Source of the DNA: an uncultured bacterium
Lineage (GTDB): Bacteria; Babelota; Babeliae; Babelales; Vermiphilaceae
Reading direction: 5' to 3'
Assembly (NCBI GenBank): GCA_963701085.1
Contig: OY969561.1
Coordinates: forward strand, 224,001-288,000
Length of the DNA stretch: 64,000 nt
Positions 9,693 through 19,124 of the stretch are shown here, piece by piece (positions within the stretch are counted from its first letter, which is position 1; each line of letters starts with the position of its first letter). The position numbers and the translations under genes are program-made. Under the pieces are notes generated by a model. It searched no databases, had not been told where the DNA came from, and saw only the letters and a program-made list of their open reading frames with translations.

Positions 9693-10721
9693 ATGAAATT
9701 ATCTACTGTTTTTTTATCAGGTTTACTTATTTCATCACGGTTGATTGCCTCTGAAGGTAATCACGGTGTTTATTATGCTGAATTACAAGCTTTTAAAGAA
9801 GCGCCTAATACTAAAGCTCTTTTTAATGAAGATGCGCATCCGGAACTTGTTGCCATTCAGCGCGACATTACAATATACAAAGCGTTAACACCCATGCAAA
9901 GATTGGCACAATTTATTTTGTTAAGTCTTGATGTTATTGTTGTTACGCCAGATAATTTGCCTTTATTGTATGCGTGTGTAGATCAGATTTGTAAAAAGGG
10001 TGATGTAATAATGCCTGTTGTGTTTGTAACGCGTAAAAAAAGTTTTTTTAATGCATTTGCTTTAAAATTATTGAAAAGTAATGGCGGTATTGTTATAGGA
10101 CAGGAATTAATGTGTAATATGTCTGATGAGGCATTAGAAGCTATCGTTGCGCATGAAATTGGTCATATTAAACATAATCATAATAATAAACTGCTTGCAT
10201 TGAATGCATCTCTTTTTGCTGCGGTGGCAGTGATGTGCCAGTGTCTTAAGCCCGGCTTTTTAAAAAAGGTGCCACTTCCAAGGCCGTTTAGTGATGTTGA
10301 GATAGGTCGGTTTGCTCGTGAATTATTTACTCTTGAATTGAAGTTGGAGACTATTTTTTTTGTATCATCAGTAATAGCTGCGTTTATTATTAATAAGCGA
10401 TATGAAAAAGAAGCAGATGAGTTTGCATGTAAAACAATTGGTAAGTCTGCGGGACTTATTGAATTTTTTGAATATTTTCTGAAAAAAGATCAATTACGAG
10501 AAGATGAATTTGCTATAACGCACAATATGATCCAACAAAGTAAGATAAATCTTCCGGATGAGTATTATGAGTTTGTATTGAGGTATTATGTGGCAAAAGG
10601 AGGACATAATATGTTTAACGTGTATAAAAAACTTTATTACAATACATTCTGGGGCGCACATCCAAGCAATCAAGCGCGTATTGATGCTGCAAAAGAATAT
10701 TTAGCGCAACAAGAAGCGTAA
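9693..10721 (+). CDS. M48 (HtpX-like) zinc metalloprotease with signal peptide
   Basis: NAFA, AHEIGH (HExxH), E.EAD and HPS...R motifs. Confidence 0.9.
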   Translation: MKLSTVFLSGLLISSRLIASEGNHGVYYAELQAFKEAPNTKALFNEDAHPELVAIQRDITIYKALTPMQRLAQFILLSLDVIVVTPDNLPLLYACVDQICKKGDVIMPVVFVTRKKSFFNAFALKLLKSNGGIVIGQELMCNMSDEALEAIVAHEIGHIKHNHNNKLLALNASLFAAVAVMCQCLKPGFLKKVPLPRPFSDVEIGRFARELFTLELKLETIFFVSSVIAAFIINKRYEKEADEFACKTIGKSAGLIEFFEYFLKKDQLREDEFAITHNMIQQSKINLPDEYYEFVLRYYVAKGGHNMFNVYKKLYYNTFWGAHPSNQARIDAAKEYLAQQEA

Positions 10722-10790
10722 TTTAGTTTAGTTTTTAGATTCAAAAATAACCCTGCTGTTGAGTGGGATTATTCTATAAAAGGTTTTTGT

Positions 10791-11108
10791 ATGAATATCA
10801 AAAATATAGTTCTTTTTGTTTTTATGTTGAATGGATTGTTTTTGAGCTCATTGGTGATGGCATCTGAGCATCGTAATAAATCTACATTATCTCAGCGTGA
10901 TAAAGATGAAATATTTTTTGTTAAATTTGGAATTATAATAGGAGCGGTAGCGAACACTATTTCAATTCCTGAGGTTTACCAACATGATTCATATAAAAGA
11001 GCAACGGTGAGAGTAATATCCAGAGCAGCACGCGGAGGAGTTATGGGATATGTAGGAGCACTTTTTATAAATACAATTGGGGAGAGTTTTTCTGGTAGAA
11101 GAGAATAA
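10791..11108 (+). CDS. Hypothetical exported/membrane protein
   Basis: Signal-like N-terminus and Gly-rich hydrophobic segments. Confidence 0.65.
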   Translation: MNIKNIVLFVFMLNGLFLSSLVMASEHRNKSTLSQRDKDEIFFVKFGIIIGAVANTISIPEVYQHDSYKRATVRVISRAARGGVMGYVGALFINTIGESFSGRRE

Positions 11109-11165
11109 TAATTAAAAAAGTTTATAAAAAAGCATAATACAATTTTTTTGATTGAGATAAAACAT

Positions 11166-11190
11166 AACCCCGCTGAAAGGCGGGGTTTTT
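11166..11190. terminator. Intrinsic terminator between convergent genes
   Basis: AACCCCGC-TGAAAG-GCGGGGTT hairpin followed by a T run. Confidence 0.8.
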
Positions 11191-11191
11191 G

Positions 11192-12931
11192 TTATTTTAT
11201 AAACTGGTCTTCATATAATCGTTTAATTTCATGGTCAGTGGTTGCTTCATCAGCACCTTTATCAAGTCTGTAATCCATAAAGCGTGGGAATCTCAATGCG
11301 TATCCAAGATGCTTTTCGGTTTTACCAGCACTGTGCAATGGTGATAACGTAATTTCATCGGCGCGGACTCTACAAACAATATCCGGCGTTACCCATGTAT
11401 CAGGAGTGAGTTCTTTAGCGCATTGAACATTTTTAGGTTTATGTTCGACTGCCAATGAATCACATTTTTTCTTTAAGGCACGCCATTCATCATCAGTCAT
11501 GCCAGTACCAATTTTTGCAACAGTTTGGAACATATCGAGCTGTTTATTAAGTACACCAACCAAAAATGCACCAATGCCAAAATGTGCACGCTTACCTTTG
11601 CCGGCATAATAACCCAAGACAACACAATCAATGGTATCTTCAAGGTGTCCTTCTTCTTGGCGTTTTAATTTAATCCAGTTGAAGTTACGTTTGCCTGGTT
11701 GGTAGTTGGCATCAGGGCGTTTCACGACAAGGCCTTCAAGTCCTGTTGCTACTGTTGCAAAGAAATAATCTTCAAGTTCTTTTGCGTTGTGCATTTTGGT
11801 GTGTTCAATAACAAAAAGATGTTCTGTTTTTATCCCGTGTAACAATTTTTCCAGCTGGGCGTGACGTTTGATATAGTTTGTATCCAAATAACTTTCGTTG
11901 TTTAAATAGAGCAAGTCAAACAAAAATAGTTGCAGAGGGTATTCTGTTGCAGCTTCTTCAATTCCATGTTTACGTTTGCGTTTAACTGTTTCCTGGAAGG
12001 GTAAAAATCCGCCAGTATTGGGGTCATAACCAATTGCCTCACCTTCACAAATGAGGTTGTCTACATCAAGTTTGACCAGCTCTTTAATGAGATCGGGGAA
12101 CATTGCTGACATATCTTGTAAGTTGCGTGAAAAGAAATGAACTTTGGGGTGAGATTTTGTTTTATCAAGATGTATTTGTAATCTAAATCCATCAAGTTTT
12201 GGTTCTGCATAACATTCCCCAAGTTTTTCAAAGATCGCCTTTGCTGTTGGTAGCCGTTCAGCTGCTGCAGGTAAAATGGGCGTGCCGAGTTTAATGTTCA
12301 TGTGCTCAATTGCCTTGCTACCACCTTCTTTAAGGGTTTTTGCGATAAGACCAATATCGGCGCAAATATTATACGCATTTTCCAGTGCGGGCCGCAGTGA
12401 TTTATCCCCTGCTTCCATCCATGACAGTGCATCAATAATGGTCATATCAGAAAAACCAAGACGTAATTTTCCAATGATAATACGGCTAACAAATTTGGCA
12501 GATAAAGGATCAAGTTTTTTAAAGAGTTGTACCAAAAAGCTTGTTTTTTCTTCTTGTGATCCGGTTCCGCCCATCTCCTCTAATTTGCACAGTGCATGAT
12601 AAACTTCAGTTACTGAAAGCTCTGTGCTGTGCTTCCATTCATGGTTGCTGAGAACAAGGCCGATGTCGCCAGCATGTTTCATCTGTTTTTTTATGGTTTC
12701 TTCTGATACATCCAAAAATTCAGCAACAGCCTTTATTAAGTTTTTTTCTGCAATATTAAACTGCGTTCCAATGTGTGGTGGATGTAACTGTCCAAGAGAG
12801 AGTGATGCAATTATTTCCGCTTCATGCGGTGATGCTTTTTTAAAGAGATCCGCGAGTAAGCGCGTTATTTCCAAACGTGCGGCAATTGGTTCAATTTCAT
12901 CAAAACTGTGTGCTACTTCAATAAACTTCAT
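11192..12931 (-). CDS. ATP-dependent DNA ligase (full-length: DBD + NTase + OB)
   Basis: Motif I EPKLDGFR, EGEA, FDLL, EGLVVK, WIKLK, D.VVLGYY.GKGKR, ALRFPRF. Likely start MKFIEV at 12931; the track extension runs through a repeat. Confidence 0.95.
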   Translation of the reverse strand: MKFIEVAHSFDEIEPIAARLEITRLLADLFKKASPHEAEIIASLSLGQLHPPHIGTQFNIAEKNLIKAVAEFLDVSEETIKKQMKHAGDIGLVLSNHEWKHSTELSVTEVYHALCKLEEMGGTGSQEEKTSFLVQLFKKLDPLSAKFVSRIIIGKLRLGFSDMTIIDALSWMEAGDKSLRPALENAYNICADIGLIAKTLKEGGSKAIEHMNIKLGTPILPAAAERLPTAKAIFEKLGECYAEPKLDGFRLQIHLDKTKSHPKVHFFSRNLQDMSAMFPDLIKELVKLDVDNLICEGEAIGYDPNTGGFLPFQETVKRKRKHGIEEAATEYPLQLFLFDLLYLNNESYLDTNYIKRHAQLEKLLHGIKTEHLFVIEHTKMHNAKELEDYFFATVATGLEGLVVKRPDANYQPGKRNFNWIKLKRQEEGHLEDTIDCVVLGYYAGKGKRAHFGIGAFLVGVLNKQLDMFQTVAKIGTGMTDDEWRALKKKCDSLAVEHKPKNVQCAKELTPDTWVTPDIVCRVRADEITLSPLHSAGKTEKHLGYALRFPRFMDYRLDKGADEATTDHEIKRLYEDQFIK

Positions 12932-13034
12932 GGTATTTTTCCTATGGGATAAATAATCTTTTTTGAGTATTGTGCATGCTGCAACAATAATTGTGCCAAT
13001 CAAAAGAGATGAGATATAGTATCTTTTGTTTTCT

Positions 13035-13073
13035 GCGCTCGTCCTGAACTTGTTGAAGGATATCTTCGAGCGC
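13035..13073. repeat. REP-like family A copy
   Basis: GCGCTCGTCCTGAACTTGTTGAAGGATATCTTCGAGCGC. Confidence 0.9.
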
Positions 13074-13089
13074 TCTCGTATATTTTTAA

Positions 13090-13656
13090 TCAATGATTTT
13101 TCCAGTATGCCTGTATATTAGATCTGTGCTTCCAAAAGATTATACCTGTTGCAAAATATGTGAATAATAAAAACTGATAATCAGCGTAAAAATATGCATA
13201 GATTGGCAAGCATGCAGCAGCACCTACGGATGCAATCCCAACAGTTTTAGTTATGAGTAATAGCAATGCCCATACGCATAACAAAGGTAAGACTGCCATT
13301 GGACATAAGGCTGCTATTAATCCACAGAGCGTGGCAACCCCTTTACCGCCACTTCCGCGCAAAAAAAGTGAATAGCCATTACCTAGCAATAGAAGACTCG
13401 CAAAGATACAGAGATAATTATTATCAAAGTAAGGCGTTACTACATATATAAATAAAAAAGCTTTGCCCGCATCAAGTAAAAAAATAAGAAAAAAATAATG
13501 AAGACCTAAGAACCGAGAAACATTTGTTGCTCCAATGTTTCCTGAACCGTGCGCGCGAATATCTGCAATGCCTTTGAGTTGCGCTATGAGATAGCCAACG
13601 GGAATCGCTCCAATTATATACGCGAGAAGTCCGATAATTATTACAAACATATCCAC
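13090..13656 (-). CDS. plsY: Glycerol-3-phosphate acyltransferase PlsY
   Basis: GSGNIGATNV.R, D.GK, GGKGVAT and KHRSNI motifs. Confidence 0.95.
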   Translation of the reverse strand: MDMFVIIIGLLAYIIGAIPVGYLIAQLKGIADIRAHGSGNIGATNVSRFLGLHYFFLIFLLDAGKAFLFIYVVTPYFDNNYLCIFASLLLLGNGYSLFLRGSGGKGVATLCGLIAALCPMAVLPLLCVWALLLLITKTVGIASVGAAACLPIYAYFYADYQFLLFTYFATGIIFWKHRSNIQAYWKNH

Positions 13657-13808
13657 AACAAATCCTTTTTAATTATAATGTTATCTATGTTTTTAATGTA
13701 CCATGTTTGTATTAAAATCGAAACGTTGAATTAGGACTGTTTTTTATGTGATTATTATACACATGGTAGGCTATGTGGGGTAATGTCTATAAAAAAAGGA
13801 GGGTCGCG

Positions 13809-14633
13809 ATGAAAAAAAATATGGTGATGATAGTATTCATGTCAACTACATTGGTGCATGGAATGGAGCATCAAAAAATTAAGCATTCTAATACGGTAAG
13901 CTTTGTGGTTGATCAAACCACGGTGCAGCTTACAAAGTGCCCTATTTATAAGCTTGATAACGTAGATCTTGTGTTTGTTGGGAGAGTTCAGCAACAAACA
14001 TTAAAAAAACCTAATTCTTTCCATGATATTCATGAGGTTGGGCTTATGGAGGTTGTTGATAATAATATGGTTTATATAAAAACTAAAGATGTTGATAGTG
14101 GCTCTGATGATGATACGTATAAGCCGTACGATAATTTTAAGCTGAGGGAAGCAAAATTATGGGAAAGTGCGTATCAAGAAGTAGTGAAAGGTGAGGTGCT
14201 CAGCATTTTAGAACCTCGTATTATGAGCAGACGTTATTTTGATAAACAGCAAGATCAGTTTGTAACAGGATTTCACTACTATGCTCATAGAAGGTCTTTA
14301 AATGAAGAAAATAAATATATCAACGTGGAAGAAAATGGTGAAGATGCAATCGCGCAGGCTTGTCTAGATTTGGCTTTCTGCTATAAAAAAGCGTTGATTG
14401 AAGGATGGAAAAGAATTGATAAAAAAGAGAAGAAAAGTATAGCTTTATCAGCGCTTGGTATTGATGTTGGGTTTCCACGAAATGAAGCGGCTTTTGTTAC
14501 GGTAACAACAATTCTTGAATTTATAAAAAACAGTTCAGAGAAATTTTCATTAATACATTTATTTGTAAAAAAACGGTCTGATTTTACGCGTTACAATGAG
14601 TTGTTAATGCAGTATGCGGTTGAACAAAAATAG
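13809..14633 (+). CDS. Exported degenerate macrodomain-like protein (paralog 1)
   Basis: RBS AAGGAGG; signal peptide ending VHG-ME; LAFCYKKAL...SIALSALGIDVGFP..AA resembles the macrodomain C-terminal half. Confidence 0.7.
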   Translation: MKKNMVMIVFMSTTLVHGMEHQKIKHSNTVSFVVDQTTVQLTKCPIYKLDNVDLVFVGRVQQQTLKKPNSFHDIHEVGLMEVVDNNMVYIKTKDVDSGSDDDTYKPYDNFKLREAKLWESAYQEVVKGEVLSILEPRIMSRRYFDKQQDQFVTGFHYYAHRRSLNEENKYINVEENGEDAIAQACLDLAFCYKKALIEGWKRIDKKEKKSIALSALGIDVGFPRNEAAFVTVTTILEFIKNSSEKFSLIHLFVKKRSDFTRYNELLMQYAVEQK

Positions 14634-14725
14634 TAATTTCTTGTCTCGATTAATAGTATGGGTTGTGTATACTTAACAAGTATACGCAGCCCATTTGTAA
14701 TTAATATATATTGACAAGGATTGTG

Positions 14726-15472
14726 ATGAAAAAAATTATAATGCTGGTAGCAGCATGCGCGGCTACTGCATTTTTGCAAGGCATGGAAAATCAAAACAGT
14801 GTAAGTTTTTTGCTTGGTAAAACAATGGTGCGGCTGACACAGGGCTGTATCTATGATTTTGATCGGACCGTTGATCTTATGGTTGTCGGCAGAAATGAAC
14901 AGCGAATTTTGAAGGATTTTGATTTTGTTGACATCTCTTGGGTAGGGAGGGTCCGTGAAGTTGAGAATGACACTGTGTATATAAAGAATAAAGGTACTGA
15001 TAGTCCTTCTGATTCTGATGATGATACCTACACGAAATTATGGCATAATGCGCCTACAAAGCAATTGAATTGTAGAGTTATTTCAGTTGTAGAGCCATGG
15101 ATTGTGCAAGAGGGGTATTGTGGTGACATTTGTCCATTAAAGCCAGGTTGTTTTTACAGTAAGAATCAGTATCAGAGTTTTTATGAAAATGGACTAATAA
15201 TGGAAGCTAAAAAAGATTTAGCATGCTGTTATCATGAAGTTTTTGATGCGGGGCAAAGAGGGGAAAGACGTATTGCCTTGCCACTACTTGGTATTGGTTT
15301 TTCAATAGAAGATACAGCTTCTGCTGCAGTAACAGCAATACTTACCTATATAAGAACAACTAAAAAAAATCCGTATCATCTTATATATTTAGTTGTAAAA
15401 AAACAGTCTGTTTTTGAGTTGTGTAAAACGTTGCTGTACAAGGAATTAGAGAATAAAAAAGAGTTTTTATGA
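14726..15472 (+). CDS. Exported degenerate macrodomain-like protein (paralog 2)
   Basis: Signal ending LQG-ME; VRLTQGCI...VDLMVVG; LACCY..VF...IALPLLGIGF; shares SDDDTY with paralog 1. Confidence 0.7.
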   Translation: MKKIIMLVAACAATAFLQGMENQNSVSFLLGKTMVRLTQGCIYDFDRTVDLMVVGRNEQRILKDFDFVDISWVGRVREVENDTVYIKNKGTDSPSDSDDDTYTKLWHNAPTKQLNCRVISVVEPWIVQEGYCGDICPLKPGCFYSKNQYQSFYENGLIMEAKKDLACCYHEVFDAGQRGERRIALPLLGIGFSIEDTASAAVTAILTYIRTTKKNPYHLIYLVVKKQSVFELCKTLLYKELENKKEFL

Positions 15473-16296
15473 AAAAAAATATGTTACTCGTCGCGTCTCT
15501 TTTTACTGCATGTGTTCAGGGAATGGAAACAAATTTTTGGACAATCACGTTTGTTGGTACAAAGATTAATCTGAATAAAGGATTTATTAGTGATGCCGGT
15601 GATAAGGTAGATGCAATAGTTGTGGGGATTAATCAACAATTAAACAGTCATTTTTATAATGTAGGAGAACTGTTTGAAAAGCCTCGTTTTGTTTATGAAG
15701 AAAGTAGGGATACTGATGATGCTTCTGATGATAGTTATCAACCGTATCCATATTATCTTGTAGATAAAGTAAGAAGCTACAAGAGTTTGAAAAAAGGAGT
15801 GGCCTGTCGCGTTTTTTTTATGACAGAACCATGTATAAGAAGGGATGAATTTTTTGGGTATTCTGTAGATAGGCCCCATCCATGGCAGAAAAATCTTTGG
15901 TTTGGAGGTAATAAGGCTATTGAAGAGGCCACAAAAGATTTGGCTTTTTGTTATAAAGAAGCTTTTGATGGAGTGTTGAAAAGATTAACTGATAAAGTGG
16001 GAAGAAGTATAGCTTTTGCAACACTGAGTGCAGATGTTGGGTTTCCCAGAGAAAAAGCAGTGCCAATTGCGGTAAGAACACTTCTTGAATGTATAAAAAA
16101 TAATCCTGGCGCATATGATCGTATAGAATTGTTTGTGAATAAAAGATTTGAATTTGCTTGGTATAAATTATTATTGATGGAAGATTGTGGGTTAATAGAA
16201 AAAATATGCCTTTTATATTGCGCAAACAAAGATCCTGAACATTTAATATCAATGTGGCCGCGTGAAATAATTTATTATATAGCGAAGTTGGTTTAA
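15469..16296 (+). CDS. Exported degenerate macrodomain-like protein (paralog 3)
   Basis: Signal ending VQG-ME; INLNKGFI...VDAIVVG; LAFCYKEAF...SIAFATLSADVGFP.EKAVPIA. Confidence 0.75.
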   Translation: MKKNMLLVASLFTACVQGMETNFWTITFVGTKINLNKGFISDAGDKVDAIVVGINQQLNSHFYNVGELFEKPRFVYEESRDTDDASDDSYQPYPYYLVDKVRSYKSLKKGVACRVFFMTEPCIRRDEFFGYSVDRPHPWQKNLWFGGNKAIEEATKDLAFCYKEAFDGVLKRLTDKVGRSIAFATLSADVGFPREKAVPIAVRTLLECIKNNPGAYDRIELFVNKRFEFAWYKLLLMEDCGLIEKICLLYCANKDPEHLISMWPREIIYYIAKLV

Positions 16297-16874
16297 TTAT
16301 TACGAAATTGCTTCATAAAGAGAGCACAGTAGTTGTAGGCGCTACCGACAGATAGTGCAGTTCCGAGCAGCAAGAGAAGAAATTCTGTTCCATTCCAGTA
16401 AAGAGAAGAAAAGCAATGCGCATGGTAGGGATTGATGATCACGAATGCTAAGCAAGCAATTTGTGAGACGGTTTTAAGTTTGCCATATGATGAGACGGTA
16501 ATTAAAAAGTTGTTTTCAAGAGCAATTTGACGAAGCGCCATAACAAAAAATTCTCTACCAATCCAAATGATAGCCCAAAAAAAATAAAGCTTATGCGCAG
16601 CAACGAGTGCGATAAGTGTTGAATAGAGTAAAAATTTATCAGCGACATGATCAAGCATTGCACCAATCGATGTAACCTGATGATATCTGCGCGCTAAATA
16701 ACCATCAAAAAAATCGGTTAATCCAAATAAAACAAAAAGTGTAGATAAACTGCAGTTAAGCCAAAAGATATTGTATGGCAGTAAATAGACAAGAAAAAAA
16801 GGAAGTATAATAGGAGAGCCTATTAAGCGAATGAATGTAAGAAGCATTGGAAGAGAAAGTTCTGTATTCCACAT
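16293..16874 (-). CDS. pgsA: CDP-diacylglycerol--glycerol-3-phosphate 3-phosphatidyltransferase
   Basis: LP.LLTFIR; TDFFDGYLAR...G.MLD.VADK (CDP-alcohol motif); GKLKT.SQ. Confidence 0.93.
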   Translation of the reverse strand: MWNTELSLPMLLTFIRLIGSPIILPFFLVYLLPYNIFWLNCSLSTLFVLFGLTDFFDGYLARRYHQVTSIGAMLDHVADKFLLYSTLIALVAAHKLYFFWAIIWIGREFFVMALRQIALENNFLITVSSYGKLKTVSQIACLAFVIINPYHAHCFSSLYWNGTEFLLLLLGTALSVGSAYNYCALFMKQFRNN

Positions 16875-16902
16875 ATTGTGTATGTTGTTTTTTTATAATT
16901 TC

Positions 16903-16979
16903 TGGTAGCGGCGCAGGGATTTGAACCCCGGACCTACGGATTATGATTCCGCCGCTCTAACCAACTGAGCTACGCCGCC
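16903..16979 (-). tRNA. tRNA-Met(CAT), elongator-type
   Basis: GGCGGCGTAGCTCAG...TCATAA...GGTTCAAATCC...CGCCGCTACCA; paired 1-72 position, so not the initiator; Ile2 cannot be fully excluded. Confidence 0.92.
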
Positions 16980-17003
16980 ACTAATACCAATAAACTATTT
17001 TTC

Positions 17004-17037
17004 GCGCTTAATCCTTCAACAAGTTCAGGATGAGCGC
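17004..17037. repeat. REP-like family A copy
   Basis: Identical to 6711-6744. Confidence 0.93.
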
Positions 17038-17081
17038 ATAGGAAATGTCAAAATATCTTAGTTATAGGATTAAGTATAACA

Positions 17082-18635
17082 TCAAATAGAAAGCTTTTGA
17101 ATACTAAAGTTATTTAAAATAAAGTTAAAGAATGATTTTAAGAAAAAGAGTGTTGCAATTAATGTTGCGATGATTCCCAACATAAGCGTCACTGCAAATC
17201 CTTGGATCGGTCCTGATCCTAAATTATATAACACAATGCCACTGATAAAGGTGGTAATGTTACCATCTAAAATTACACCCATTGCGCCAGAAAATCCGGT
17301 ATCAACAGCATTTTTAACACTGCTACCTTTAGCAATTTCTTCTTTAATTCGTTCAAAAATTAAAATTGATGCATCAATTGCCATACCAATAGTAAGTGTC
17401 ATACCAGCGATACCAGGCAATGTTAATGTTGCGTGCATCCATGCAAGACCAATAAGAATGAAAATTAAATTATAGAGTAATGCTAAGAATGCCAACAACC
17501 CGCATAATTTGTAGTAATAGATGCTAAACAGGAATACAAGTCCAAAACCACCAAGACAAGAATAGAGACCATGTTTGATTGATTCAGCACCGAGTGATGG
17601 CCCAATTTGACGTTCTTCTTCAAAGGTGACGGGTGCTACAAATGATCCTGATTTGAGAAGATATGATAATTTTTTAACCTCTTGTGTGGTGAAGTTTCCG
17701 GTAATATGACCTGTGCTGCGAATTGCAGATTCTATTCTTGGTGCAGATATAACTTCACCATCAAGTACTATTGCAAGTTGGCGGTTGTGATTTTTGCTCG
17801 TGAGTTCGTAAAATTTATCAGCGCCTTCTTCATTAAATGAAAATTGTACAACTGGTTCAACACCTGTTTTACCGCCCATTCCAGGACGTGCATCAGAAAG
17901 CATATTACCCGTTACTTTTGCATATTTTTGTACAACAAAATAGGGAGTGCGTCCATGTTCACGTTCACCAGGCAAAATTTGCAAATCATCAGGAAGTTCG
18001 CCATCGTATTCAAGTAATAATTCTGATTCGCTTGAACCCATTTTTTCAACAATTTTGAATTCGAGAAGCGCAGCACGACCAATCATTTCTTTTGCTTCTT
18101 GTGGGTTTGAAACATCAGGAAGCTCAATAATAATTTCTTTTTCACCTTGCTTTGCGATAGAAATTTCAGCAACGCTGAATTTATCAAGACGAGTGCGTAA
18201 TACTTCAATGTTACGCAACACTGAATCTTCTTTGATTCGTTTTTCCATTTGCTCGGAAAAACTTAATGAAATACTGTTTTTATCAACTGATTGTACCAAC
18301 TCGCGTTCATCAGATTTTAAGATACGAGCTGCTTCTTGTGTTTGCTGTTGATTTTCGAAGGTGAGAATAATTTTTTGATCTTGGATTGTTTTTGAGAGGA
18401 GAGAAATTGATCGTTCGCGTTTAAATTTTGCATCAATTGTTTGGAGTTTTCTAATAAGTTCTGCTTCGACAGCTTTTTCGGTTTTTACTTCAAGAGTGAG
18501 ATAGCTTCCTCCAACCAAATCTATGCCGAAACGTAATGATTTACGTAATGGATACAAGAAGTAGATACCAATCACACACAATACTATCCAAAACATTAAT
18601 CCAGAATTTGCAATGCGCTTCGCTGCTGTTTTCAT
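17082..18635 (-). CDS. secD: Protein translocase subunit SecD
   Basis: GIDLVGG, IIIELP, LAIVLDG, IGPSLG, LTLPGIAG, GMAIDASILIFERIKEE, G.IQGFAVTL. Confidence 0.97.
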   Translation of the reverse strand: MKTAAKRIANSGLMFWIVLCVIGIYFLYPLRKSLRFGIDLVGGSYLTLEVKTEKAVEAELIRKLQTIDAKFKRERSISLLSKTIQDQKIILTFENQQQTQEAARILKSDERELVQSVDKNSISLSFSEQMEKRIKEDSVLRNIEVLRTRLDKFSVAEISIAKQGEKEIIIELPDVSNPQEAKEMIGRAALLEFKIVEKMGSSESELLLEYDGELPDDLQILPGEREHGRTPYFVVQKYAKVTGNMLSDARPGMGGKTGVEPVVQFSFNEEGADKFYELTSKNHNRQLAIVLDGEVISAPRIESAIRSTGHITGNFTTQEVKKLSYLLKSGSFVAPVTFEEERQIGPSLGAESIKHGLYSCLGGFGLVFLFSIYYYKLCGLLAFLALLYNLIFILIGLAWMHATLTLPGIAGMTLTIGMAIDASILIFERIKEEIAKGSSVKNAVDTGFSGAMGVILDGNITTFISGIVLYNLGSGPIQGFAVTLMLGIIATLIATLFFLKSFFNFILNNFSIQKLSI

Positions 18636-18825
18636 CAAATAACTCCTTAAAAATCTAAATGCTACACTACTTTTTTTTACGAAATTTTTTAACTATTTTT
18701 GCTGCGAGGAGGCTTAGTTTAAATTAAAAAATGATTTTACGCTTCAGCCATAACGCTCTGCAGCTTCGACAGGGCATACTTCTTAAGTCTTGCTGGCTGC
18801 GCCATACGAAGCCTTGGCGAAGTAC

Positions 18826-18912
18826 TGGTGCCAGAGAGGGGACTCGAACCCCTATGGGATTTCTCCCACAGCCACCTCAAGGCTGCGTGTCTGCCAATTT
18901 CACCACCCCGGC
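18826..18912 (-). tRNA. tRNA-Leu(GAG)
   Basis: Cloverleaf with long variable arm; anticodon loop TT-GAG-GT; encoded CCA. Confidence 0.95.
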
Positions 18913-19016
18913 ATTTCATTATATAATGTGTTTTTAGTATAGCGATAAATTCTGTATTATCAATATTTAAAGTGATGTTTATAGTTATAATTTAACCAAG
19001 TTTGTTCTATTCTCTT

Positions 19017-19080
19017 GCGCTCATCCTGAACTTGATGAAGGATTAAGCGCTATAATCCTTCAACAAGCTCTGGCTGAGCC
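19017..19080. repeat. REP-like family A doublet (second arm degenerate)
   Basis: GCGCTCATCCTGAACTTGATGAAGGATTAAGCGC followed by TAATCCTTCAACAAGCTCTGGCTGAGC. Confidence 0.85.
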
Positions 19081-19124
19081 TGGAAGTTCAAGATGGGTTT
19101 GCGAGTAAAATGAAAGGGTAAATA

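Noticed and set aside
12932-13093. 54-aa N-terminal extension of the DNA ligase in the ORF track
   Set aside because: It reads through a family A repeat; homology-like sequence begins at MKF (12931).
14100-14125. DSGSDD as a beta-TrCP phosphodegron
   Set aside because: It lacks the second Ser of DSGxxS, and DSG is not conserved in the two paralogs.
18731-18937. ORFs overlapping tRNA-Leu; likewise 24843-25064 and 55821-56060
   Set aside because: They are translations of tRNA genes and adjacent repeats.
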